From assembly GCF_009914755.1 (NCBI RefSeq), contig NC_060947.1: 64,000 nt of DNA; one strand, given 5' to 3'. The position numbers and the translations under genes were made by a program. How positions within the stretch are numbered: the first letter of the stretch is position 1; the number at the start of each line of letters is the position of its first letter. The DNA is from the human T2T-CHM13v2.0 reference genome, Homo sapiens. The notes beneath the pieces are model-generated. The model made no database searches. It saw only the letters and a list, made by a program, of their open reading frames with translations, and had not been told where the DNA came from. Shown here piece by piece: positions 1-23,286 of this stretch.

Positions 1-58
1 AGCATTATACATGTCCTGTGGTTTATCCTTAGATTGTCATTTAGGAGAAAGGTCTAAA

Positions 59-229
59 GCTGGGCTGAATGCCATGCACTCATAGTCCCAGCTACTTGGG
101 AGGCCGAGGTGAGAGGATTGCTTGAGTCCTGGAGTTCAAGCCCAGCCTGGGAAACACAGTGAGACCTCATCGCTAATAAATAAATAAATGAATAAATAAA
201 TACATAAATAAATTCATTAAATAAATAAA
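59..229 (+). mobile_element. Alu monomer (FLAM-like) with (AAAT)n tail, intron 3; repeated per unit
   Basis: agtcccagctacttgggaggccgagg...ggattgcttgag...ggagttcaag...cagcctggg, followed by AATA repeats. Confidence 0.8.
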
Positions 230-269
230 GTTTTCATGGTATAGGAAAACACAGATGCAAAGTTTTTGT

Positions 270-373
270 GCCTAGTGGCTGGTAATGTTGCAAACGTAAC
301 TCCTTAGTGAACTGTACCACTTAAAAATAGTTAAGATGGTAAATTTTAGGATATCTGTATTTTTTACCACAAT
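270..373 (+). mobile_element. Old L1M 3'-end fragment; repeated per unit
   Basis: gaactgtaccacttaaaaatagttaagatggtaaattttagg...tttttaccacaatt resembles the L1MB/ME terminal consensus. Confidence 0.6.
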
Positions 374-508
374 TGGAAATTCCTTTCTTCCTAAAGTTCA
401 GTGCAGTTATCATATATTCTTTTAAATTTTTACTGTATGTATCTTCAAGACATAACATTCATAGAAAATTTGCAAGAATAGTACAATGAACTCATATACT
501 GTTAATAG

Positions 509-1078
<570 letters not shown>

Positions 1079-1679
1079 TAATTTTATTGATAGGATTTCT
1101 TTTTCTGATCCAGAGTCCAGTTCAGAATCACACCTTGCATGTGCTTTTCAGGTGTTTTTAGTTTCCTTTAACCTGTAATGTTTCCTTAATTTTTCTTGTC
1201 ATTCACGATACGGACATTTTTGGAGAGGATAGACCAGTTGGTTTGCAGAATATTCTGCAGTTTGGGCTTTTTCATGTATTTTTAAAAGAGTGTTCTCACT
1301 CAGCGTTTATTGGTGGCTACTCATGCCATGTAAGAGTCTAAGCGCTAGGAGTGTAAGTGCTGTGAGAGACGGGATTTGAGCCTTGAGTCATTTAATATGA
1401 GAAGGACAATCAGAAGTAGAATAAGAGAGAAGTGCAAAGGAGGCAGCAAAGTTGTCTGAGGGCAGTCTTCGGAAAGGAGGAGGGTAATATTTGGAACACC
1501 TTGTTTTCCTGTTTTCTGCTAACGGACTCCTGAAATAATGTTCCTGGGATTCTTATCAACACATTTATTATTACGTTAGCTAAAGCTTTTATATAATAAT
1601 ACCGAGAGCATGAATATCATTTTCTTATTCATATTTTATGTTTTACTGCTTAAATTGATACGTATTTTTTATTTTTAAG

Positions 1680-4268
1680 GGCCGAAGCCTGAAGCTCATA
1701 GCCAGGAACAGGGTCACCCACAGACTGGGTGTGAGTGTGAAGATGGTCCTGATGGGCAGGAGATGGACCCGCCAAATCCAGAGGAGGTGAAAACGCCTGA
1801 AGAAGGTAGGCAATCCATTAGGCATGCACATTGTAGGGTGTCTGTTTCCACAGTATCATATTGTAACTCTTACTATGTTTTTGAGACGGAGTCTCGCTCT
1901 GAAGACCAGGCTGGAGTGCAGTGGTGCCATCTCGGCTCACTGGAAATTCTGTCTCCAGGGTTCAAGTGATTCTCCTGCCTGAGCCTCTGGCGGAGCCGGG
2001 CTTACAGGCATGCTCCGCCGCGCCCAGCTAATTGTTGTGTTTTTAGTAGAGACAGGGTTTCGTTATGTTGCACAGGTTGTTCCCGAACTCCTGACCTCAG
2101 GTGATCCACCTGCCTCGACCATTGAAATTGCCGGGATTACAGGCGAGAGCCACCGTGCCCGACCCAGCATTATATTTTTAATAACAGAGAGGTAACAATA
2201 CTGCGTCTTTAGTAACAGAGTTCTTATATAAAGGTTATTTGAAACGTAGTTCAGGCCCCAGCACCCGGCTGATAGACTGTCAGATAGGGAAACAAAGTGA
2301 GTCAAAGCTATGTTGAATTAAAAGTTTTGAGTATAAATCCTTAAACCAGTAGCTCACAATTTTCAGATGCTTTTGTAAAGGTCTGCTTTTAATCAATACA
2401 TAACACGTTTGTAACACCCATCACTTGGTGTGAAAAATGCTGAAGCACTCATGCGGGTTCTAATACCAGCTCTTACAGCCTTGGCGAGATTCTGAGTGAG
2501 TCCTTTCCCTTCTAAACCTATCTTTGGTTCTTATGAAAATAGTGAGTTTAAGTCAGAGACTTTAAAACCATTTTGCATTCCGTTTCTTTCATACTCTGAT
2601 CCTGTTGCATAGAATGCGTGGGACACAGAGATCATCTGCTTCGCATGGTTTGTTAATCACAAATCATGAAACCCTGGCCCGAGTCATCTGAAAATCTCTG
2701 AATTGAGATTTCATTGTCAGTAAGACAGTGAGCGGGCCCTCTGCTTCATCCTAGTTTTTCCGTGTGGAGAGCTGAATACGTAGTATAAGATCTTGTGAAA
2801 TTGTGAATTCTCCCTCTTCTTGGTTTGTTTGTTTGTTTGCGACAGAGTCTCAGTGTGTCACCCAGGCTGGAGTGCAGTGATGCAATTTCAGCTCACTGCA
2901 ACTTCTGGCTCCCAGGCTAAAGCCGTCCTCCCACCTCAGCCTCCCGAGTGGCTGGGACTACATGCACAAGCCACCGTGCCTGACTACATTTTTTTGTTTT
3001 CATTTTTGTAGAGATGAGGTCTCACTGTGTTGCCCAGGCAGGGTTTCTCTGGCTTTTAATGAACAATTGCTTCTTTTTTTTCCTTTTATTTATTTATTAT
3101 ACTTTAAGTTTTAGGGTACATGTGCACGTTGTGCAGGTTAGTTACATACGTATACATGTGCCATGCTGGTGCGCTGCACCCACTATCTCATCATCTAGCA
3201 TTAGGTACATCTCCCAGTGCTATCCCTCCCCCCTCCCCCCACCCGACAACAGTCCCCAGGGTGTGATATTCCCCTTCCTCTGTCCATGTGATCTCATTGT
3301 TCAGTTCCCACCTATGAGTGAGAATATGCGGTGTTTGGTTTTTTGTTCTTGCGATAGTTTACTGAGAATGATGATTTCCAGTTTCATCCATGTCCCTACA
3401 AAGGACATGAACTCATCATTTTTTAGGGCTGCATAGTATTCCATGGTGTATATGTGCCACATTTTCTTAATCCAGTCTATCGTTGTTGGACATTTGGGTT
3501 GGTTCCAAGTCGTTGCTATCGTGAATAATGCCGCAATAAACATACGTGTGCATGTGTCTTTATAGCAGCATGATTTATAGTCCTTTGGGTATATACCCAG
3601 TAATGGGATGGCTGGGTCAAATGGTACAATTGCTTCTTAAATCTTTCCCCACGGAAACCTTGAGTGACTGAAATAAATATCAAATGGCGAGAGACCGTTT
3701 AGTTCGTATCATCTGTGGCATGTAGGTCAGTGATGCTCAGCATGGGTGTGAGTAAGATGCCTGTGCTATGCATGCTCCCTGCCCCACTGTCAGTCTTCAT
3801 GAGCCACTATTTCTAATAAGACTGTAGACACGCATACGATATAATCATCTCTAATCATATCAAATGTTACATGTAAGTTTCACCTTTAGAGACATGAATT
3901 GGTAAGATTTGAAGTTGAAAGACCATGACTCTAGTACTTCCTGAGTAATCAACTGAAGTATGCTTTACACATGTGTTTTCCAAATTGCTGACTGTTAATT
4001 GTAAGTGCTTGTGACTTGAAAGGAAGCACTTGATGTTCAGGGAGGAAATTCCTTTTAAATTCTGCAGGTCTACGCTCAAAGTTTATGCAGAGGTTCAATT
4101 GCGTGTAAGACACGGGATCACCCATAGGGTTCTGTTTTTAGTCCATTTAATAAAACCCAAACTGTAGTGTGCTTTGTATGCCTTTAGGGTCATCTGAATA
4201 ATCTGTTGCTAAGTCATGTTCCCAATCGTTGTGTTTCTGTTACAGGTGAAAAGCAATCACAGTGTTAA
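1680..4268 (+). CDS. GAGE: GAGE copy A, 3' part only: exon 4 (1680-1805) and coding exon 5 (4246-4268)
   Basis: Exon 4 has ttttaag|GG and GAAG|gtagg boundaries and encodes (G)[41 protein letters not shown]. Exon 5 tacag|GT GAA AAG CAA TCA CAG TGT TAA encodes GEKQSQC*. Exons 1-3 lie before the window. Confidence 0.93.
1878..2167 (-). mobile_element. Antisense AluS-like element in intron 4; repeated per unit
   Basis: tttttgagacggagtctcgctct...ctcctgacctcaggtgatccacctgcctc...gggattacaggc. Confidence 0.9.
2822..3040 (-). mobile_element. Truncated antisense AluJ-like element supplying the exon 4' acceptor; repeated per unit
   Basis: (GTTT)n tail, cccaggctggagtgcagtg...cctcccacctcagcctccc...tttttgtagagatgaggtctcactgtgttgcccaggc. 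Confidence 0.85.
3076..3625 (-). mobile_element. 5'-truncated young L1 (L1PA2-like) 3' end, 550 bp, in intron 4 of copy A
   Basis: Poly-T/(TTTA) tail at the left end, L1 3'UTR, and ORF2p C-terminus (3301-3543: [18 protein letters not shown]...[10 protein letters not shown]). TSD ACAATTGCTTCTT at 3063-3075 and 3626-3638. Has GAG rather than the L1-Ta ACA diagnostic. Confidence 0.95.
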
Positions 4269-4333
4269 AAGAAGGCACGTTGAAATGATGCAGGCTGCTC
4301 CTATGTTGGAAATTTGTTCATTAAAATTCTCCC

Positions 4334-4339
4334 AATAAA
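4334..4339 (+). terminator. Polyadenylation signal of GAGE exon 5 (present in each copy with exon 5)
   Basis: AATAAA 66 nt after the stop codon, followed by T/GT-rich downstream sequence. Confidence 0.85.
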
Positions 4340-4474
4340 GCTTTACAGCCTTCTGCAAAGAAGTCTTGCGCATCTTTTGTGAAGTTTATTTCTAGCTTTT
4401 TGATGCTGTGAAATATGTATCATTCTTTGAAATCGTGTATTGTAACTCTCTGAGCTGGTATGTAGAGACATCGT

Positions 4475-4785
4475 TCTTTTTTTTTTTCTTTCTTTCTTTG
4501 TCCTCTTTTGAGACGGAGTCTTGCTCTGTCGCCCAGGCTGGAGTGCAGTGGCGCGATCTCTGCTCACTGCAACCCCGCCTCCCGGATTCAAGCAATTGTC
4601 TGCCTCAGCCTCCCGAGTAGCTGGGATTATAGGCACCCACCAGCACGCCTGGCTAAGTTTTGTGTTTTTACTAGAGATGGGCTTTCGCCATCTTGGCCGG
4701 GGTGCTCTTGAACTCCTGACCTCGTGATTCACCTGCCTTGGCCTCCCAAAGTGCTGGGATTACAGGCATGAGCCTCCGCGCCCGG
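4475..4785 (-). mobile_element. Antisense AluS-like element downstream of exon 5; repeated per unit
   Basis: Full dimer ending gcctcccaaagtgctgggattacaggcatgagcc. Confidence 0.92.
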
Positions 4786-4931
4786 TGGAGACATAATTCT
4801 TACATATTGGTTTTCTATCCAGCGGCCTTGTGAAATATGCTTGTGAATTCTAAAGTTTACTTCTAGGTCGTTTTCAGTCTTCAATATACAGAAACATATC
4901 ATCCTGGAATAAGAGCAGTTTTGTTTCCGCC

Positions 4932-5081
4932 ATTTTTTTTTCTTTTTCCTTTTGTATTTTTTTGTAGAGACGGGGTTTTGCCATGTTTCCCGGGCTGTTG
5001 TTGAACTTTTGAGTGCAAGTGATGCACCCACGTCACCTCCCACAGTGCTGGGATTACTGGCGTGGGCCACCGTGGCGGGCC
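4932..5081 (-). mobile_element. Antisense Alu left-arm fragment embedded in degraded L1M ORF2-region sequence (~4790-5400); repeated per unit
   Basis: ttttgtagagacggggttttgccatgtt...gtgctgggattac. Flanks carry the L1-like antisense motif ggtgacagtggacatccttgtctt. Confidence 0.7.
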
Positions 5082-5430
5082 CGTCGTTGCCATTGTAAAG
5101 AGTTTTATTTCCTTTTCTGATTTTATGGCATTGCGCAGACCCACCCGTTACAATGGTGACAGTGGACATCCTTGTCTTATCCCTGATGAGAAACCGAAAA
5201 ATTTCAACATTTCGCCATCCTATTCACTCTCCTTTTTTTGTAGACGGACTTTATCAGAGTGAGTCATTGCATTCTGTTCCAAATTTGCTGAGAGTATTCA
5301 TTTGAATATATGTTGATTTTCATCAAACAGTGCATCTATTTCGATTACCACAGCGTTTTTTCCCATTCATGGGTTAATATAGTGAATTCGATTGATAAAT
5401 TTGTACGTTTTTAGGTTCGATTATTAAAAC

Positions 5431-5726
5431 TTGAGACAGCGTCTCACTCTGTCACCGAGGCTGGAGTGCGGTGGTGTTATCAGAGCTCGCTGCAGCCTTG
5501 ACCTCCTGGGCTCAAGCGCTCCTCCCACCTCAGCCTCCTGAGTAGCTGTGAGTATAGGTACATGCCACCATGCCCAGCTAATTTTTCGATGGTTTTTTTG
5601 TTTGTTTTTTGTAGTGATGAGATTTTCTGATGTTGCTTAGGCTGGTCTCGAAGTCCTGAGCTCAGGTGATCTGGCCAGCTCAGCCTCCCAAAATACTAGG
5701 ATTACAGGCGTGAGCCTTGGCCTGGT
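5431..5726 (-). mobile_element. Antisense AluJ-like element, intergenic; repeated per unit
   Basis: gagacagcgtctcactctgtcacc...gcagccttgacctcctgggctcaagc...ggattacaggcgtgagcc. Confidence 0.88.
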
Positions 5727-6469
5727 CTGGTTTTTCTTATATAGGGGTCTTATCTATATAAAGACTAAAGTTAATCTGTGCCTTTGTGCGGGTGGGCTAA
5801 GAGCATGATGACTTTTATCATTCTATTGATTTAAAGAAAACTGTCCTTGACTTACCAGTGTGTAAGTCCATGAAAGCATAATTCTGTTGAAAGCATATAT
5901 TGTTAATGGGTGTTGGGAACCGTGCACTTTCCGCTGCTGTGGGAGCATGTCCTTGGAGGTACCTTTCATCTGTTTTCTCAACTCCAAACATCTTAGGACC
6001 ATGGGTTGTGACTGGTAGGACTATGTATCTTGCTGCTTTCAAGACGGAGTATATTTTCACGTGGTGTCACTCTGGCTGTCCTGTTTCCCTAATACTGTCA
6101 CTTCACCCTCTGCGATTCTGATGCTACAAATGATAGATATCGTTTTAGCATTTTCTTACGGGTCCTAGCGATTCTATTCATTTTTCTTTCAGTCTCTTTC
6201 TCTGACTTGTTCACATTGAACAATTTCCTTTTGGGATAGGTTGCTATTTCTGTTTTCGCAGGTGGTTTACCTGTCTTCCCAGCCAGTCACAGTGGTCCTT
6301 GTCCCCATGGTGGGTCCGGGGCAAGAGAGGGCCCTGGGTTGGGGGTGGGGTTCAGTTGAAGATGGGGTGAGTTTTGAGGGGAGCACTACTTGAGTCCCAG
6401 AGGCATAGGAAACAGCAGAGGGAGGTGGGATTCCCTTATCCTCAATGAGGATGGGCATGGAGGGTTTGG

Positions 6470-7460
6470 GGCGTGGCGCTGGGAACGGCAGCCCTCCCCA
6501 GCCCACAGCCGCGCATGCTCCCTGGGCTCCCGCCTCAGTGCGCATGTTCACTGGGCGTCTTCTGCCCGGCCCCTTCGCCCACGTGAAGAACGCCAGGGAG
6601 CTGTGAGGCAGTGCTGTGTGGTTCCTGCCGTCCGGACTCTTTTTCCTCTACTGAGATTCATCTGGTAGGTGTGCAGGCCAGTCATCCCGGGGGCTGAAGT
6701 GTGAGTGAGGGTGGAGAGGGCCTCGGGTGGGTCAGGCGGGTCCCGCTTCCTGGTCTGTGGCCTCCGAGGGAGAAGGGCCACGAGGTCGTCCTCCTTCCCT
6801 TCACAGGCTGCGAGGCCACCGGCGGCTTCGTGGTCGTGAAGGGGCCTGGACGGGGAGGAAGGTGGGCCGTGGAGGGGAGGCGGTCAGGGGCTCAGGTGAA
6901 GACGGGGTGAGTGCTGTTGGGGGGATGGAAGTCCCGAGGTGCCGGGATCCCCGACGACACAGGGCAGATTCCCTGAGTGGGGCCCCCGGCGGGGGCGAGG
7001 CGGGCGGTGAAGAAGGGGCCTGGCACCTGGGAAGGCTGCGGCCTGGCGAGCGCCCCCCCCAGCGGTGTGGAGTGCGGAGCGCCCGAGTGAGAAGCACTGC
7101 AAGGTCTCACCTCCGCCATGGAAGGTCCGAAAACAGTGGGAAGGAGTGGGCGAGGCAGTGCGGTCCAACCAAACTTGTTGTGAGGGGGGGTGAATGGCTC
7201 TAGGAAGTGGGAGTGTGCCCAAAGCAGCAATCACGAGAATTGTGATTCACTAGGGTTTTCGTGGGGAGTGCACTTGTGAAACTAAACCTCATCAGAAATG
7301 ACCTCTGTCTGCGGGGCGCAGTGGCGCTCGCCTACGTAGTCCCAGTTACTCGGGACACTGAGGTGGGAGGATCCCTTGAGCGGGAGGTCGAGGCTGCAGT
7401 GAGCTGTGATCACGCCGCTGCACTCCAGCCTGAGCAACACAGCGAGACCGCGTGTCCAAA
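6470..7460 (+). promoter_or_regulatory. CpG-island, TATA-less GAGE promoter/intron 1 (repeated in every unit)
   Basis: GC- and CpG-rich block in an AT-rich background. Contains GCGCATGC (6511), TCCCGCC (6528), TGCGCATG (6539) and CACGTG (6580). Confidence 0.8.
6590..6664 (+). other. Non-coding exon 1 of GAGE copy B (start approximate); equivalents end at 16174, 25682, 35192, 44699, 54258
   Basis: ...ctgagattcatctg|gtaggt donor. Joins to exon 2 at 7705 (ttttcag|tgtgaaatATG), giving the GAGE mRNA leader as I recall it. Confidence 0.8.
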
Positions 7461-7478
7461 AGAAATTTAGAAAAAAAT
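7311..7478 (+). mobile_element. CpG-rich Alu monomer (FRAM/FLAM-like) in intron 1; repeated per unit
   Basis: gcgcagtggcgctcgcctacgtagtcccagttact...gaggtcgaggctgcagtgagctgtgatcacgccgctgcactccagcctg. Confidence 0.82.
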
Positions 7479-7712
7479 GTCCTCTGCCTTTTGCCACACG
7501 CCTTAAGATGATTGCTCTGCCAGCCTGGCCAGCAGAAGTGGCTTTGTAGGCACTCAGACAGCGTACACACGTATGCTTAACTCTGGGACTTATTTTGAGA
7601 GTATTTTCAAAAGTAAAACGGCAAGTTAACATTTATCCATGGAAGTGATCGAATATAGCAGCCCTGTGGAGCGCACGTTCCCAATCACGGTTGTCTGTTT
7701 TCAGTGTGAAAT

Positions 7713-13778
<6,066 letters not shown>

Positions 13779-16700
13779 AAGAAGGCACGTTGAAATGATG
13801 CAGGCTGCTCCTATGTTGGAAATTTGTTCATTAAAATTCTCCCAATAAAGCTTTACAGCCTTCTGCAAAGAAGTCTTGCGCATCTTTTGTGAAGTTTATT
13901 TCTAGCTTTTTGATGCTGTGAAATATGTATCATTCTTTGAAATCGTGTATTGTAACTCTCTGAGCTGGTATGTAGAGACATCGTTCTTTTTTTTTTTCTT
14001 TCTTTCTTTGTCCTCTTTTGAGACGGAGTCTTGCTCTGTCGCCCAGGCTGGAGTGCAGTGGCGCGATCTCTGCTCACTGCAACCCCGCCTCCCGGATTCA
14101 AGCAATTGTCTGCCTCAGCCTCCCGAGTAGCTGGGATTATAGGCACCCACCAGCACGCCTGGCTAAGTTTTGTGTTTTTACTAGAGATGGGCTTTCGCCA
14201 TCTTGGCCGGGGTGCTCTTGAACTCCTGACCTCGTGATTCACCTGCCTTGGCCTCCCAAAGTGCTGGGATTACAGGCATGAGCCTCCGCGCCCGGTGGAG
14301 ACATAATTCTTACATATTGGTTTTCTATCCAGCGGCCTTGTGAAATATGCTTGTGAATTCTAAAGTTTACTTCTAGGTCGTTTTCAGTCTTCAATATACA
14401 GAAACATATCATCCTGGAATAAGAGCAGTTTTGTTTCCGCCATTTTTTTTTCTTTTTCCTTTTGTATTTTTTTGTAGAGACGGGGTTTTGCCATGTTTCC
14501 CGGGCTGTTGTTGAACTTTTGAGTGCAAGTGATGCACCCACGTCACCTCCCACAGTGCTGGGATTACTGGCGTGGGCCACCGTGGCGGGCCCGTCGTTGC
14601 CATTGTAAAGAGTTTTATTTCCTTTTCTGATTTTATGGCATTGCGCAGACCCACCCGTTACAATGGTGACAGTGGACATCCTTGTCTTATCCCTGATGAG
14701 AAACCGAAAAATTTCAACATTTCGCCATCCTATTCACTCTCCTTTTTTTGTAGACGGACTTTATCAGAGTGAGTCATTGCATTCTGTTCCAAATTTGCTG
14801 AGAGTATTCATTTGAATATATGTTGATTTTCATCAAACAGTGCATCTATTTCGATTACCACAGCGTTTTTTCCCATTCATGGGTTAATATAGTGAATTCG
14901 ATTGATAAATTTGTACGTTTTTAGGTTCGATTATTAAAACTTGAGACAGCGTCTCACTCTGTCACCGAGGCTGGAGTGCGGTGGTGTTATCAGAGCTCGC
15001 TGCAGCCTTGACCTCCTGGGCTCAAGCGCTCCTCCCACCTCAGCCTCCTGAGTAGCTGTGAGTATAGGTACATGCCACCATGCCCAGCTAATTTTTCGAT
15101 GGTTTTTTTGTTTGTTTTTTGTAGTGATGAGATTTTCTGATGTTGCTTAGGCTGGTCTCGAAGTCCTGAGCTCAGGTGATCTGGCCAGCTCAGCCTCCCA
15201 AAATACTAGGATTACAGGCGTGAGCCTTGGCCTGGTCTGGTTTTTCTTATATAGGGGTCTTATCTATATAAAGACTAAAGTTAATCTGTGCCTTTGTGCG
15301 GGTGGGCTAAGAGCATGATGACTTTTATCATTCTATTGATTTAAAGAAAACTGTCCTTGACTTACCAGTGTGTAAGTCCATGAAAGCATAATTCTGTTGA
15401 AAGCATATATTGTTAATGGGTGTTGGGAACCGTGCACTTTCCGCTGCTGTGGGAGCATGTCCTTGGAGGTACCTTTCATCTGTTTTCTCAACTCCAAACA
15501 TCTTAGGACCATGGGTTGTGACTGGTAGGACTATGTATCTTGCTGCTTTCAAGACGGAGTATATTTTCACGTGGTGTCACTCTGGCTGTCCTGTTTCCCT
15601 AATACTGTCACTTCACCCTCTGCGATTCTGATGCTACAAATGATAGATATCGTTTTAGCATTTTCTTACGGGTCCTAGCGATTCTATTCATTTTTCTTTC
15701 AGTCTCTTTCTCTGACTTGTTCACATTGAACAATTTCCTTTTGGGATAGGTTGCTATTTCTGTTTTCGCAGGTGGTTTACCTGTCTTCCCAGCCAGTCAC
15801 AGTGGTCCTTGTCCCCATGGTGGGTCCGGGGCAAGAGAGGGCCCTGGGTTGGGGGTGGGGTTCAGTTGAAGATGGGGTGAGTTTTGAGGGGAGCACTACT
15901 TGAGTCCCAGAGGCATAGGAAACAGCAGAGGGAGGTGGGATTCCCTTATCCTCAATGAGGATGGGCATGGAGGGTTTGGGGCGTGGCGCTGGGAACGGCA
16001 GCCCTCCCCAGCCCACAGCCGCGCATGCTCCCTGGGCTCCCGCCTCAGTGCGCATGTTCACTGGGCGTCTTCTGCCCGGCCCCTTCGCCCACGTGAAGAA
16101 CGCCAGGGAGCTGTGAGGCAGTGCTGTGTGGTTCCTGCCGTCCGGACTCTTTTTCCTCTACTGAGATTCATCTGGTAGGTGTGCAGGCCAGTCATCCCGG
16201 GGGCTGAAGTGTGAGTGAGGGTGGAGAGGGCCTCGGGTGGGTCAGGCGGGTCCCGCTTCCTGGTCTGTGGCCTCCGAGGGAGAAGGGCCACGAGGTCGTC
16301 CTCCTTCCCTTCACAGGCTGCGAGGCCACCGGCGGCTTCGTGGTCGTGAAGGGGCCTGGACGGGGAGGAAGGTGGGCCGTGGAGGGGAGGCGGTCAGGGG
16401 CTCAGGTGAAGACGGGGTGAGTGCTGTTGGGGGGATGGAAGTCCCGAGGTGCCGGGATCCCCGACGACACAGGGCAGATTCCCTGAGTGGGGCCCCCGGC
16501 GGGGGCGAGGCGGGCGGTGAAGAAGGGGCCTGGCACCTGGGAAGGCTGCGGCCTGGCGAGCGCCCCCCCCAGCAGTGTGGAGTGCGGAGCGCCCGAGTGA
16601 GAAGCACTGCAAGGTCTCACCTCCGCCATGGAAGGTCCGAAAACAGTGGGAAGGAGTGGGCGAGGCAGTGCGGTCCAACCAAACTTGTTGTGAGGGGGGG

Positions 16701-17222
16701 TGAATGGCTCTAGGAAGTGGGAGTGTGCCCAAAGCAGCAATCACGAGAATTGTGATTCACTAGGGTTTTCGTGGGGAGTGCACTTGTGAAACTAAACCTC
16801 ATCAGAAATGACCTCTGTCTGCGGGGCGCAGTGGCGCTCGCCTACGTAGTCCCAGTTACTGGGGACACTGAGGTGGGAGGATCCCTTGAGCGGGAGGTCG
16901 AGGCTGCAGTGAGCTGTGATCACGCCGCTGCACTCCAGCCTGAGCAACACAGCGAGACCGCGTGTCCAAAAGAAATTTAGAAAAAAATGTCCTCTGCCTT
17001 TTGCCACACGCCTTAAGATGATTGCTCTGCCAGCCTGGCCAGCAGAAGTGGCTTTGTAGGCACTCAGACAGCGTACACACGTATGCTTAACTCTGGGACT
17101 TATCTTGAGAGTATTTTCAAAAGTAAAACGGCAAGTTTACATTTATCCATGGAAGTGATCGAATATAGCAGCCCTGTGGAGCGCACGTTCCCAATCACGG
17201 TTGTCTGTTTTCAGTGTGAAAT

Positions 17223-23286
<6,064 letters not shown>

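Noticed and set aside
1763-1969. ORF '[17 protein letters not shown]...'
   Set aside because: It is the 3' part of GAGE exon 4 reading into intron 4 and an Alu.
3301-3543. L1 ORF2 C-terminal ORF as a functional protein or active element
   Set aside because: 5'-truncated 550-bp fragment with no promoter, EN or RT. Carries a stop in copy E.
4343-5262. Cluster of ORFs downstream of exon 5
   Set aside because: Typical Alu-derived translations ([23 protein letters not shown]-like).
6548-7234. Several overlapping 70-158 aa ORFs on both strands in the CpG island
   Set aside because: Expected in GC-rich, stop-poor DNA, and frameshifted in copy G.
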